DNA of 63,599 nucleotides, counting the filler, from Asterionella formosa (lineage: Eukaryota), in assembly GCA_002256025.1 (NCBI GenBank). It is 6 parts of 6 records of this genome, joined end to end, with 100 filler letters (N's around TTAATTAATTAA, not from the genome) between each part and the next. Parts side by side here need not be neighbours in the genome. Positions count along the whole stretch, not along the records: positions 42,485 to 52,995 come from NKIB01009434.1; positions 53,096 to 63,599 come from NKIB01009435.1; 4 more parts are not named here. The stretch is one strand, 5' to 3'. The notes under the pieces are model-generated. The model saw only the letters and a program-made list of their open reading frames with translations, was not told the DNA's origin and searched no databases. Numbering within the stretch: position 1 is the first letter of the stretch; each line of letters opens with the position of its first letter. A program made the position numbers and the translations under genes. Below, in pieces: positions 47,987 to 60,832 of this stretch.

Positions 47987-48072
47987 TGGTTGCGGTAATT
48001 GTCCTGAAAATAAAACTTTAGCCTTCTTTATCCGATATTAAATTGTTTATTTAAGCCGAATGACCGCAACCA
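47987..48072. mobile_element. MITE family A, copy 4 (diverged)
   Basis: TGGTTGCGGTAATT...AATGACCGCAACCA, with internal similarity to copy 3. Confidence 0.7.
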
Positions 48073-48376
48073 GCTGATGTGTAAGGTTTCTAGTAGGATC
48101 TGTTTTAACGTCAAATTACTGCACACCAGATAGGAGTACCTGGTACCAGCAGGTATGATCTTATGGATGCGATGACTCAATTTTCCTGCGTATCACATTA
48201 TATATCACCAAGTTGCAAATTGACCTGTCTCTCTATGCATCCAGGATACCGGTAGCCTAATAATTGCTTGATATCATCGAATACATGTTGAAATTTAAAA
48301 GGAAAACGAGAACGAAACAAACGTCCAATTGTTATAGCTGAGTGTTGAAGAAATATAGTTTAGCACCTATCAGCAG

Positions 48377-49726
48377 CTAGTTCCAGGCAGTAGTGAATGC
48401 TATGATCGCTTTACCGAGGTCGTTGTCTTGATAGGCATAGCCTCCCTCAAGACCGAATGCTACTCGATTTCCAAACCTTTCCTTAAGTACTCTTCCAATG
48501 GAGTTATAATCTCCCGGTTGAAGTTCCAGTCCACTACTCCAATCGGCGGCCAAAGCATCAAATCCAGCTGCAACCAATAACAAATCCGGTTCAGCATCAT
48601 GGCATAAAAACTCGAGAGCCTTTGTGACTGCGTCTTGGTATCCATTGTTCCATCCTGTCTTCGGAGGCAAATTGATATTTAAAAGGTTGCCAAGTGGTCC
48701 TTGGTCTTGGGAAAGCGCACTATGTGGGTCAGATTCGGTCTGTTTTGCGGATGCTGCAAAAAAATTGTTCGCTTGAGCATCCTCATGAATACTGACATAA
48801 CGAATGTTCGCATTGTCATCAATGCAATGCGCGATACCATTCCCATGATGTGCATCAAAGTCCAGAATGGCAACCTTTCCAGCTCCTTGACTCAAGGCGT
48901 AAACGGCGGATATAGCAACTGAATTCAGCAAACATCCACCTGTACCTCGACCACGACAGGCATGGTGCGAAGGCGGACGAGTGAGCAGAAAGACTGGATC
49001 CTTTCCGGCCAGAGCTCGATCGACTCCATCCATCCACGACGAGACACATTCCAGAGCGGCTTCAAAACTGGTCTCGTCAATGAGTGTTCTGGCATAGCGA
49101 GGATCGAGTCGCTGAGGTCGGTCAGCTTGTTGACACGCTTCCTCCAACTTTTGGACGTACGCTGCATCATGGACTTGATTGACATAATGCAAAATATCTT
49201 GTCTTGACCTAGTGGACGAGGGCGAGGATACTTGCGCGCCTTGGTCGCTCAGATATTCTAGAGTTGCAGTCAATCTGGCCGGCCTGTCTGCTACTAATTT
49301 GGCATCATACCCGCCGTTGCGAGGCTTCTCCGTCTCGGCAATAGCAGGTCCTCCCATCAAATACCAACCCAGCGCAGCTCCTGCGCCTCCAAACAACGGA
49401 AAAGTCTTTTCGGCCTCAAACAAATTATACATGGCGACTTCGCCGGTATATCCGAAAATAGATCCCAATGCAAAAGCACTGGCTAGAGCCTTCGTCTTCT
49501 CCATTGTCCAAGGACGAGAGTAGTCTGACGGAAGCTCAATATCTGCAAGATGCCGAAGTGAGCTTGCTGAGAACTGAAAGGATGGTGTCGATTTCGGCGC
49601 CGAGTGCAATAGTATTATGCTTCGTGTGCATGTCCTTGCGTCTAATGGAACAAATGCCAATGTGAAGCTGAAGGTGCAAATTGTTACAGAGGCAGATACT
49701 GCGAGCGAGGTGAAGGAATGAACCAT
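48377..49726 (-). CDS. Zn-dependent histone deacetylase-family (class II/AcuC-like) protein with plastid-type presequence
   Basis: RPPSHHA, DFDAHHGNG, AGFDA and LEGGY motifs. N-terminal signal peptide ending TLA-FVP. Confidence 0.9.
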   Translation of the reverse strand: MVHSFTSLAVSASVTICTFSFTLAFVPLDARTCTRSIILLHSAPKSTPSFQFSASSLRHLADIELPSDYSRPWTMEKTKALASAFALGSIFGYTGEVAMYNLFEAEKTFPLFGGAGAALGWYLMGGPAIAETEKPRNGGYDAKLVADRPARLTATLEYLSDQGAQVSSPSSTRSRQDILHYVNQVHDAAYVQKLEEACQQADRPQRLDPRYARTLIDETSFEAALECVSSWMDGVDRALAGKDPVFLLTRPPSHHACRGRGTGGCLLNSVAISAVYALSQGAGKVAILDFDAHHGNGIAHCIDDNANIRYVSIHEDAQANNFFAASAKQTESDPHSALSQDQGPLGNLLNINLPPKTGWNNGYQDAVTKALEFLCHDAEPDLLLVAAGFDALAADWSSGLELQPGDYNSIGRVLKERFGNRVAFGLEGGYAYQDNDLGKAIIAFTTAWN

Positions 49727-51665
49727 GGTGTTTGATTGTGTATTTCTCGTATGCCTCGTTGTTGAGTGTAAGACAACAACTTGGAACCGTACATTAGTGT
49801 CTGAAACAAGAACAGATATCGGTAATAGTAACGAGAAGTATTACATTTATCGACTTCGACTTGCTCGCGACAAATAATTTTTATGCTCCTTCTTGCATAC
49901 ATACATACCGGTAGTTGTAGTAGCTGCTGGTATGATCACCACAACCAGGAAGGTCCGGTAATCGAGATATTTAGCTTAGCTCTTGCTAAGTCGAATCCGT
50001 GTTTACCGGACCTTTTAACTATGTATGCTCTGTTCCATGGTCCCACAATATTTCCCTTGTTGCTCTTGTTTCAGAGCACAGAGGAAAGACGACTGTATCT
50101 CAGCAGTCCTAATGTAAATGCAAATGTTCCAAAAGAAATGGAAACATTGCAGGGAGGTCGAGGCCATTAAAATAGCATGAGAGTTCCGGTTTGTTGAATC
50201 ATCATAGATTGGGAACCAGTGGTACTAGCAACAAGAGAAAAATGCAAGCAACAGTCGCGGAAACCCACCCTTAATGGAGAGCAAAGATGCGAAGGTGCAA
50301 GCAGACTGACTCCATGATGCCAAAAATGCCCACACATTGAGCTGCTGAAGTCGCCAAGCGAGGTTGCTTGATCAACATCACATGATGTGTTCATGTCACT
50401 AAGTAAGCGGAATTGGCTTGATTGCTCTTGCAGCCAGACAGTGCATCCTCCCACAGCAGCAAACATGTACCTTTCTGTGCACTGTTGATTGATGTGTGTT
50501 CAGCTGAATGGAGCTGCCTTCTTGCATTGAAAAATCGCTTGAGTGATGGTGGAAGCACAGCCAATGACTGAAAACAGAGCATATATAGTTAATAATCACA
50601 TAGTTACATGCACACACCATATCAAAGCATAATCATGCTTGTTGTTTCGCGTGCTTTTACTCAGCCAAATGACTCAATTATATTCCGGTTGTTATAGAAA
50701 TGGCGAATTCCTGAACCCATGAGGCCTTGTTTTGCAATCTCTCCGCCAGCATCGGAAGTACGACTCCACAAAGAGCCCTGCTATCGATGGTGAGAAGCGC
50801 GACAATTGGAACTGTTCAGGACGACCAACAATTTGAAATTCGCAGATGGCTTTTTGATCAACAAGCACTTTTCCGTGTTGACTTTTTTAGGTCACGGAAA
50901 ATGTCGAAAAATTCCTCTATACACGGGGGTTGGGCAATCTAGACCGCCATCTTACCGGTACCGGTATACTGTGCTGGTTGTATGTAGAAGAGCCTATGAT
51001 ATTGTATATGCATATGAAATAGGACATAAATCACCATCTATTTTATGTAGGTCCTCTTTCTAAGTACATCTTGTACCATAGGTTGTCAGCCTTTCCGATT
51101 GCAAGTGTGGTCAAGCAAAGAAAAAGGAGAAAAATCACCAATAATGTGTTCCTTGCAGGCCTTGTATGTAGTACTAACTCAGGCTTCCCAACTGGCTGAG
51201 GTTTACCAGTAGTCTTACCAGTCGCCTTCCCATTTGCTAGAGTCAAGAAAATAACAATGAGAATCCCATAAGTTCAAGAAAGCAGAATCGAGAATCCTGT
51301 AGTGTGCACATGTGTATGTACGGTAAGCGTACGAACAAGGATAATCTACGTATATAGCTAGTATGAAGAAGAACCTAAAAGGTTTGCGCTGTATACCATC
51401 TACTTGGGGCGTCTAGACACGCGCCATCTGTTGTACTTCACGAAACCTGGTACTAGGTACCTGGTACCATAATAGGTCACGAAGTAACTTCGACACAATT
51501 ACCGTCTTGTCCATTTTGTCTTTCTCCATATTTAGTCTGTGTTGTAGCTTCGTAGATTCATCGCTGGAATATATAAAAAATATATAAAAACGATCCATAG
51601 AATAATAGAATAACGAGCCAGGAATACTAAGTAGAAGTAGCATAAATGGTTTTTTGAATTCGTTG

Positions 51666-52408
51666 CTAAGTAAACGTGTCCCATTCCCGAATCCAGGTTT
51701 GAGGTCCGGATCCAATCTCCGGGTTCTGCGGCAGTCGAGTTGCGCTTTGCCGAGCCACTGTCGAGTCACGACGAATTATGTGAGATGAGCCATGGCTGGC
51801 ATGCGCGTCTCGCCCTGCCATTGTCGATCGAGATGTAAATGCCGGTGTGTTGTCCGGTGGGTGAAAGAAGGTGGTAGTTGTGATCATCTTTTGGCTGACA
51901 GTCTTCGTGAATTCCGCCACTTGCTTGCGAATGTAAATTAGAAATGCGTCGGATTTCCATCTTCCTATGAGCATCACCATGTAGTTTGGTACCCCAGAAA
52001 GTATCATTGCCATGGCCGCCGCACTGCGAATCGAATGTCGAATCGAATGTAGTCCAATGTCCAGTGGGTCATAACCAAGGTGGTGCTGTCCAAGCGTTGT
52101 AGCCAGTGTGCGAACTCTTTTTATCGCGGTCTCAGCTTTGAGTGTGTAAGTTTGTGTCCCTGACATGTAGGTGTTAATCGCCGAGGAGGTGTTGGTGCCT
52201 GGACTGTTCAGTATTTTGTTGACAATACAAGCCCCTTGGCGTACCGGGCACATGATGGGGTCCGAAGTGCGACTTAGGGTGATGGCTTCATCCTTTTCCC
52301 CATTCTTCTGATCGCGAAACGTGATGCAGATGATGTCGGCGAGATGATTGGTTGTGTGGTCATGGGTGATGTCAGTGCGGTCCTGAAAGAAGCGTAGATC
52401 CTGGACTC
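51666..52408 (-). mobile_element. Tyrosine recombinase (DIRS/Ngaro-like or Crypton-like element), C-terminal half, interrupted by a copia LTR
   Basis: Continuous frame ..ITFRDQKNGEKD..DPIMCPVR..DIGLHSIR(HSIR)SAAAMAM..GRWKSDAFLIYIRKQV, containing the catalytic HxxR, W and Y. Confidence 0.85.
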
Positions 52409-52995
52409 TGTTGAAATTGCGTCCCGAAGCACTCTATGCTTTCTTGTGTCCTGTAAGGACACGTCAGGGACCAAATAGGCTGTAGATATGAACAACGATG
52501 TCCGTAATCGATTGTAATCGTTCCTAAGAGTTTTAATAGAATTATGGGTTTTTACTGTTGGCGTAGATTGTTTTCAAATTCTCTGGTACCATATTCTTTC
52601 TTGATTCATTCGATTCAACATGTAGTAGGTAATTTATACCGGGATTTTCTTACCTAAAATAATTTCTCCAACACACTCCTGCTGGACATGGATGCTCACT
52701 TTGAATTCATAATTTGCTGACGAAAATGAATAAATTTCGTTCCAACCAGTGGTTTCGTCATGTAGTCTGCTAACATTGCATCCGATGGACAGTACTTAAT
52801 CTGTACTTCCTTTCTTTCAATAAGATCAGTAATATAAAAATACTTGATGTTGAAATGTCGCGTACGTTTTCCTGAACTTGCTTTTCCATTTGCTTCTAGC
52901 TTCATTGCGCTAGTGTTGTCACGGTAAATGACATTCGTAGTCACCTTGTGTCCTTGTGCTTCAATAAATAATTTCGTCCACAACACCTTTGATAT
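52409..52995 (-). mobile_element. Ty1/copia (CoDi-like) 3' end: RNase H (52696-52995), PPT, 265-bp 3' LTR (52409-52673)
   Basis: IYRDNTSA..KRTRHFNIKYFYI..MLADYMTKPL, then GCAGGAGTG, then TGTTGG...TCAACA on the minus strand. Confidence 0.9.
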
Positions 52996-53095
52996 NNNNN
53001 NNNNNNNNNNNNNNNNNNNNNNNNNNNNNNNNNNNNNNNTTAATTAATTAANNNNNNNNNNNNNNNNNNNNNNNNNNNNNNNNNNNNNNNNNNNN
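52996..53095. other. Artificial scaffold-joining linker
   Basis: N44-TTAATTAATTAA-N44. Confidence 0.98.
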
Positions 53096-54214
53096 CTGCG
53101 AAGGATTTTTTATACATGGGAGGACCCCTTCAATTTCTTCTTTTCCTTTCTACAACTGCGATCGTTGCTACAGCATTGCCTTGGTGGCTCGCATGGTTTG
53201 TGACGTCGGCTATGTTTATTGTTGTCTGCATTGTTCGTCTGTCAAATGGTGCCATCAAATCTTTTTTCTTCAAGGAAAATAATGAAAAAGATACCCCTTA
53301 GTGAGGAGGCAAAGTGGAACCCATTGACAACTTAGGGTCACTTTAGTGATCACTACAACAAGGACCATCATTTAGCAATTTGTTTGTATGTGTTTTAACA
53401 TTAATCATTTGGTTTAAGCTGTTGAGAAGCACATTAGCAGCTATGATCATACTACCACTTAGCTAGTTTTGGTATCCATGATTGTTCAGGGTTTGTCTAA
53501 ATTGGCTTTCACAAAGTAATTCATTACTGTGTTACCAATTTAATCACCTGCTGCTACTAGCAATGCTCTCCTCAATGCCACTTCCATTGTTTCATAGCGG
53601 GTACTACTGCACCATTACGAAATTTGCGTGCGCTTGCCATTCTTCACTCAATCTTTTCCTTAGTTGTTCCTTTTGTTTCCAAAAATGCCTTTGCCCTTTG
53701 GTGATCCATTCATTTCCCCTTGATTGTTCAAAAGTGATTTCAACTACACCTTGCCTCCTTTCATCTCACTTTCTTAGATTCTTCAGAGTACCATTGCTTC
53801 ATTGTGGCTGCTGCCATAGGTCCCTTCTTGCTCTTTGCCGTGTGACATTCCAATATTGAAATGTGGAGTCATTGGTGGATGAGCCAGCCATATGTCAAGT
53901 TGATCTAGTTGGGCATTGGCAAGGTTATAGGTGTAAACCCATGGATTTGTAAAAAACAAGTATGCAAGCAAAACATGAACAGGGTTAGTGGTGTCAGTGT
54001 GATAATTCGCTCTGCGTAGAATTTCCACAAAAGAGAAACTTGAAATGGAATAGTGGTGATAGTAGTATTGTGTTAGTATTATAGCTTGAAGGGCCTTATG
54101 TTTGACCGTTGTTTCACAATTGAATACATGGCTGGCGGCAATCACTATTGCATGTGCCCTGCCACCACCACTTATAGTAAAATTATTGTGTACAAATTTT
54201 CGGCTGACACCTTT

Positions 54215-54500
54215 GTTTTCTTGATGCATCACACAATTGCCTTCACGGATGCAAAGACAATCTTTTGTTTAAAAATGACAACAGTCCTGCTTGGTTTCTC
54301 TTGATGGACCATATTATTGCCTTCAACTAAATAAAGATGATCTTCAGTTGAATTGTCACCAGTCATGCTTAGTTTGTTGATGCATCACATGATTGCCTTC
54401 AACAATATAAAGAGAATCTTGACTTAGAAAATTGACACCAGTCATGCTTGGCTTGTAGATGCATCACATGATTGCATTCAGCAAACACTATCTTGTTTTA
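54215..54500. repeat. Degenerate ~80-bp tandem repeat (3-4 units)
   Basis: GATGCATCACA(C/T)..TTGC.TTCA and CAGTCATGCTT recur. Confidence 0.65.
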
Positions 54501-54680
54501 TGGTTGAAAACTCATACTTGGGAATGGTCGTGATACAATCCTTGAATGAATATTGACTGTTGAAGTAGTTGCCAAATATTTCGCATATTCGTTCATTTCC
54601 TGTAACCACCCTTCATAGTATTGGCAATGGTAATTATCCCTGTATACATACGTCTGATTAGATACTACCAGGGTACCTGG

Positions 54681-54869
54681 TGAAGTATCTAACTAGAAGT
54701 AGTAGTATTTGTTGAATATATGAGCTAATTAATTAATTCTGATGTACACCTTGTTTCCTAAGTTGACATCAAAGTATACAATAGGTGTTAGTCGAGTTCT
54801 CTCATTATTGAGTTCTGATATATTTGATATAACCCTATATACATCTGTATCGATGTGCAAGATCGCTCA
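54681..54869 (-). mobile_element. Solo LTR of the gypsy family at 1-1248, with 5-bp TSD CCTGG
   Basis: The reverse complement aligns end to end with 1053-1248. CCTGG lies at 54676-54680 and 54870-54874. Confidence 0.92.
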
Positions 54870-54897
54870 CCTGGTACTCGGAGTACCAGGTACCAGG

Positions 54898-55027
54898 TGA
54901 AGTATCTAACTAGAAGTACTAGTAGTATTTGTTGAATATATGAGCTTATTAATTAATCCTTGTGTGCAACTCGTTCTCCTAGTTTGACACTAAAGTATTC
55001 AATAGGTATTACCGGGTAGTCGAGTTA
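54898..55027 (-). mobile_element. Second, partial LTR of the same gypsy family
   Basis: TGAAGTATCTAACTAGAAGTA...TAGTCGAGTT, immediately preceded by TACCAGG. Confidence 0.88.
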
Positions 55028-58000
55028 TTTCCTGAAGTTGAAACAAACAAGTCAAGCAAATTTTGTTTGTGTCTCCAAAATCAGCCCAGCCATGACCTTT
55101 TTGGGTCTAGTCATGAACATGAATCAATATTTACTCATAAATGAATCAATCTTTGAGTATTGTTGCGAACATGAGTCGATTTACTCTTATATGACTTAGT
55201 TTCGTTTGTTTGGTTGCTTTGCTAAAACATCTGCAAATAAAAAGTATCATGCATATAGGATCAAGGGTATCGTACACTAGTAAGTGGCACAGGATTTTCA
55301 TAAACATGATAATTTTTGGATCAGAACTATGATCAAGGTATCCTGTAACTATGATGATATATGAATATTTTACCGAACTATTTTACTGAACTTGAAGTAT
55401 AATGATAATAAGAACATTATCATCACAAAATGTATGGAATAAGATAATTTTAAAGTACGCATTTCTTGAAACTGAATCTAATGGAGTTCGTGGAGTCGCA
55501 CTAGGGCCCAAATGGGCCCCAAAGGAATGACGAGTGAGGGTGAGTCCATTGAGGGACTCTTCGGGGTTGCAGACTAGGAAACGACCTTAGAGATGGCAAG
55601 CAAGGTCCAGGAGACCACATATGGCTCTTAGAGTGTGTGTAGACCACCCAGTATAGGGAGGAACTGAGGGCAGAGAGGAAGGCCAATCAAGAAGTAGAAA
55701 GAAATATTGAAACTACATGGCCATTTTGGAAGAAGGAAACATTTAAAGGAGAGTCCAAAATTTTGACGAATCAATGAAAGTGGTAGCCTGATGAAGAAAT
55801 AAGGAGAGAGCAAGAGAAGGGTCTTGAGAGATGCAGGAAGTATATAGCAAACTGTATTGCTATTTAGGTGAATTTGAATTTGAATTTGAATTGTGAACCC
55901 TGGCAATCAATTGCCAGTATTAAATGTAGGGCTGAAGAGTAAGGTAAGATCACAAATGGTGGAATGGTGTTTAGGGCTGAGAGGAGTGATGTTGTTGCAT
56001 TGGGGTGGCCAGTTGATACCAAGGTTTAACAGTGGCCTAGAAGTAGTGGCAAGGGAGTTGGCGAAGATGTCATTTGGAGTATAGGGATGAAACGAGCGCT
56101 TTTTACTGTTGTGGACCGAAGCGGTGAGTGCGAATGTGTGAAGGGGGTCAAGAGTAGTGGTCGGAGGGGCAGTTGGGCGAGACAGGGTAAAAGAGATTCA
56201 ATAACAGTGGAATTATACACCCAATCAGGGCTTCACAGTTTCGACAGAAGATTCAAATGTAGACTTGGAGGATTTGAGAGAGGATTTGCATGGGAGATGA
56301 ACAGTAGTGAAGGAGACAGTGTCAGCTATAGAAATATCAGGAGGAGCAGGAGGGTAAGGAGCAGCATGGGCGGAAAGCGCCATGGCCAAGGGTGATTGAA
56401 GCAGCAGCAGCGCTGCGGAAATGGCTGTAGGCCGGCCGTGCACCAGAGTAGTATAAATAATAGAGGTTAAGTACCCCAGAAAGTTATATGTTGCATTAGG
56501 AAAAAAGTATCATCACACAATGTATATCAACTGTTCAACAACATTTCATATCAATATCATAAACCTTTCTCATTTTATTTTTACTCCTCGTGATTGCCAA
56601 ATATAAATTTTTACTACAATACATCCTAAAATCAGCTAAACTCTATGCTTTCATGTGAATTGTTTCATTTTATATCTATCCTAAACATTATCATAATTCT
56701 AATCGTTAACTATCAAATTTAGCAATGCTATCTATGATTCTACAGGTCAGCTACCCAATGTTTCCCTCTCCACTTGGCTCAATGTATATTGTTCCTGTCT
56801 CACCCTTTTCTTCCTCTATTCTTAATTTTGTGCCATGCAGTCCTTAATGTATTGTCTCTCTCCCTGCTGTAAGTGAAACTCTGAACTTGCCGACTATTCC
56901 GTTATTTGATTGGTTTTATTGTCTGAGGCAGCTGCAGTAAAAATGAGAAGAAAGGCCTTGCTAGATAGTCATGTTACACTGACACAGCAACACGCAATTC
57001 CATCGTATCCTATTGCTTCATTTACCACAAATCAAAGCAAGTGGTTCATATGTCTGTAATAGTAAATTGTCAGTCAATTCTTGAATAAATAAGTTTCAAG
57101 TCTCCAATTTTGTCGAATAAAACTTACCGATTCATTTTCGTTAGCTTAACTTTGAAAGAAGGAAAACGTGTCCCATCAGTTATGTTCGAACAATAGTGAC
57201 TAGGTCCAAGGACAAGAGCACTTACCTGTTTTGTTTTGTTTTACAATAGTGCTTCCTAACAAGCGAAATGAGCTATTGAATCAACTGAGAAGAAAGGAAA
57301 TGTTTAGTTAGCTTACTTTTGTTGTTGTCCTCCCAACGGTTGTCATCCACGTATCACATTGATGGCTTCATTAGCTTAAACATACTCCATCCTTCGAAGG
57401 CGCAATGTGTCGAAGCCACAATGTTTTTCGTCATTGCATAAACTTTATTGAGAGAATGTGCGTCAGAATGTATTGAATAATCAATTTAAAGGAATCTGCC
57501 ATTATTGAAACGACTTACTTCATTATTTTTTCTAAAGTATTATGAATCTGTTCAAATTCATCTGATCTTTGAGTGTATTCAAAGGAATCTTCGATTGATT
57601 TCATAACTTTCTTCATCTTCTTTTCCGAAAACATGCTTTCCATGAAATCCCATTTGGAAAGTTGTCAAAGGGCCACAATACTTTGATGTAATGCAGTAAA
57701 AAGGGAAATGCGGAGATTTTGCGGCGCTTGTGGTGTCGCAACTGGTGTGATGGTAACTGAGTGTAGTAATTGTTGAACAGGAGCTCACTGTAATATGCAT
57801 GTTGTGCCAGCGACACAAGCTAATGTGTTTAAACAACATAAATAACAAGGAAAAACGACACAACGATGCACGTGATGGCTGGCTGTGGAGGATACCGGTA
57901 TATGATATGCATCAATCCATATCACAAATCATATTTTGGTGATGTATATATCAATGCATCCGTATGCTTAGATCCTATCCACCATATAATACTATCATAT

Positions 58001-58474
58001 TAACTATTTGCTTTTTATTGTATACATTTAAAGTCGAATATACATATTAAGTAACATACTTTATGATTAATCAATCTTTCTTCTATGATGTATTGATAAC
58101 ACTTATGTACATTTTTTATCGTATTTATTTATCATTGTATTATTATGACATGATCATATTTTGATTAAAAATATATCATACACATTTTAATAAATCATCA
58201 TAGTTCTATGATCAACGTATCATAACTATATGATAAACATTATTCAATATTACATATCATATTTTGGTGATGTATGTATCGAAGTAGCCCTATCGTAATA
58301 TCACATTATCATCTTATCAATCATTCAATGTTGATTGGGAACTGTATACTGCAACGTACTACAGAGTATGATATTATAACATGCACTGTAGTAGCTAAGT
58401 CACTGCTGTAATGTAGAAAAGTCGACAGTGTATGTACGCACATGCTAAGCAGCAGGTTTGAGGCAATGGACAAT

Positions 58475-60555
58475 TAAGGGGTTGCCCTTGTTATGTACTG
58501 GACCCCACTGTACAGAATGGTCATAAACTCCCTCGTTGGCAACCTAAATTTCGTTGTGCGATTTTATGGGAATCTCTCTTTCTCATAGTAGCAATGTCTC
58601 CCTAGTATTGAACCAAAAAACAGGTACCATTTCGCCTCAGTTTCACGTGGTTTTTGACGACTACTTTACCACTGTTATGTCCATCTCTGATTGTGATGAT
58701 CCTCCAGCTCACTGGGAAATATTATTTCATGAATCCCGGTTTCATACTTAATTTGATGAACATGAACATGTTTCCTTACATGGTGATTGGTTAACTTCCA
58801 GTGAACAAAATGATTTTCAACATCACAAACAGATGCAAGCAAAAATCTTTCCTTGCATGAATATCATAGCAGTACCTAAGGATGAATTGCCAACAAATCA
58901 GAGGGAGTTTCCTCTGCCCTCCCCCCCCTTACTGTGCGTTCCTTCACCTGCCCATAAAGAGCCTGCTGTTAGTACCACATCTAGTACCTCTGGCTCTGTG
59001 GTTGTTCAGAGCGCTCTCCCTACTACCTATATCCACCCAGTTGATGTTCAGGATGTTCCTATGGCTGCTGTTCATTATACTGAACCAGCAATTCCTGGCC
59101 TCCAACTCCACCTGTACACCCAACTTCTACTATTAGTATGAAACTAAATGTAATTTCTACATCTCGCCGTAGTACCAGGACAAACTTCGGTGTGTTTGGT
59201 ACTTATTATGTCCCTGAAGGCCATCTTGCCCATGTTTTCTTTCGCAATTGGTTGAAGACAGTGACACCCATGGCTTTGACTCCGATTTGGCCTACCTGGC
59301 TGCTGTTACAACAAATCCAACAATAGGTCTCTTGGATTGCCCACTTGTCTATGCTGCAATGGCACGTCGCAATGACCCAGATAATCCCAGATACCATGAA
59401 GCCATGGCTAGCATCGATCATGAATCTTTTAAAGCTGAGATGGTCACTGAGATCGTTGCTCTCACATCAAAGAAAACCTGGCCTTTAGTGACACGTCAAT
59501 CAGTTCAGGGTAAAAATATCTTACCTGGTATTTGGGCTTTCAAATGTAAGTTGTTTCCAGATGGTATTGTACGTAAATGCAAGGCTCGGTTTTGTGTACG
59601 CGTAGATCTGCAAGTTGAAGGAGTGGATTTCTTTGAGACATATGCTCCGGTTGTCAAATGGTACACAGTTTGTGCTTTACTGGTGATGTCAATTGTGTTA
59701 AACCTTGAGGCTCAGAAAATCGATTTTAGTAATGCCTTCTGTAAAGCGGATATTGATGAAGAGGTATATGTTGCTTGAAATGCCCAAAGATTTTGGTGAT
59801 CCCAGGGGGAGATGAGACATCATGGTACTTCGGTTGAATAAATAATTGTATGGAACAAAACAGGCACATAGGATTTGGTTCCTCAAATTGAAGGGCGGAA
59901 TGTCTCGAGCAACAGGGTTTCACACAGACAGTTATTTTTAGAACCTTGCCTTATTATTCACGCTGACATGGTCTACCTGGTGTATGTAGAGGATGATTCG
60001 ATTCTTATTGGTCGTGATAGGACCAAGATTGATGCTATGATTAAAATTTGGCTATTGACCTAGAATTGAGCGACTCAAGAGGTAGATCTAGCTGCTTTTC
60101 TGGGCATCCAAATTAACAAATTAACTGGAACCGGTTCACTTAAACTTACACAAGAGGGTCTGATTAAGCGTGTTCTTCAAGCTACTGGCCTCAAAGACTG
60201 TTTGGCTAGCTCTACTCCAGCCAATAAAGAAACTCTAGGAACAGATAAGGATGGTCTGCCTACAACTGAAGCATGGAACTACCGTCTATGGTGCCTTTGA
60301 CATTGACTGTTATTGTGACAGTGACATTGTTGGGCTCTTTGGTTCAGAAGACTATACTGATCCAGTGTGTTCTCGCTCTCGAACTGGCTAGGTCATGACT
60401 CTTGCTGGACGTCCCCTCCTCTGGTCTTTCTGCCAGTTGTCAGGACCTAATTCCTCTCTGTCAGATCATTCAAGAAGCATCTACAGACCTACACATTGGT
60501 AAAGGTTCAGCTGTTCGATCTTTTTCAAAGGTCTATGAAGATAATCTCTCCCAAG
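58475..60555 (+). mobile_element. Degenerate Ty1/copia (CoDi-like) pol: integrase C-terminus, RT, partial RNase H
   Basis: GCPCYVLDP..LPRWQP, GTISPQFHVVFDD, WAFKCK..KARFCVR..ETYAPVV, LVYVEDD, KVYEDN. Multiple stops and frameshifts. Confidence 0.9.
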
Positions 60556-60643
60556 CTATCTATGTAACTCTAACCCTATAGGTGTATGTGTATTTTTCCG
60601 GGATCTCTCCACAGGTATTACCGGTACAATTTTACGAATCCCA

Positions 60644-60832
60644 TCTGAGAGTGACCATCATGTTGTCAGTTGATGAACATCATGAATGATAAACAGGTAA
60701 ATACGTGCGCGTTGGATGGATATGGAAATGGATATGGATATTATTATTATACAGGGTACTAGCTGGTACTATCTCATTCGTTCTGACCACACATCAGGTG
60801 ATGTACGTCTGAGGATTTAAGACCAGGTTTCA
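60644..60832. repeat. Interspersed repeat B, copy 1
   Basis: Shares TCTGAGAGTGACCATCATGTTGTCAG and CACACATCAGG..ATGTACGTCTGAGGATTTA..CCAGGTTTCA with 61886-62148. Confidence 0.85.

Noticed and set aside
50983..51256. Possible solo LTR (TGTAG...AACA)
   Set aside because: No matching TSD, no second copy and no adjacent PBS or PPT.
55500..56445. Purine-skewed segment that may be a decayed non-LTR retroelement (minus strand)
   Set aside because: Multiple stops and no RT or endonuclease motif that I could identify with confidence.
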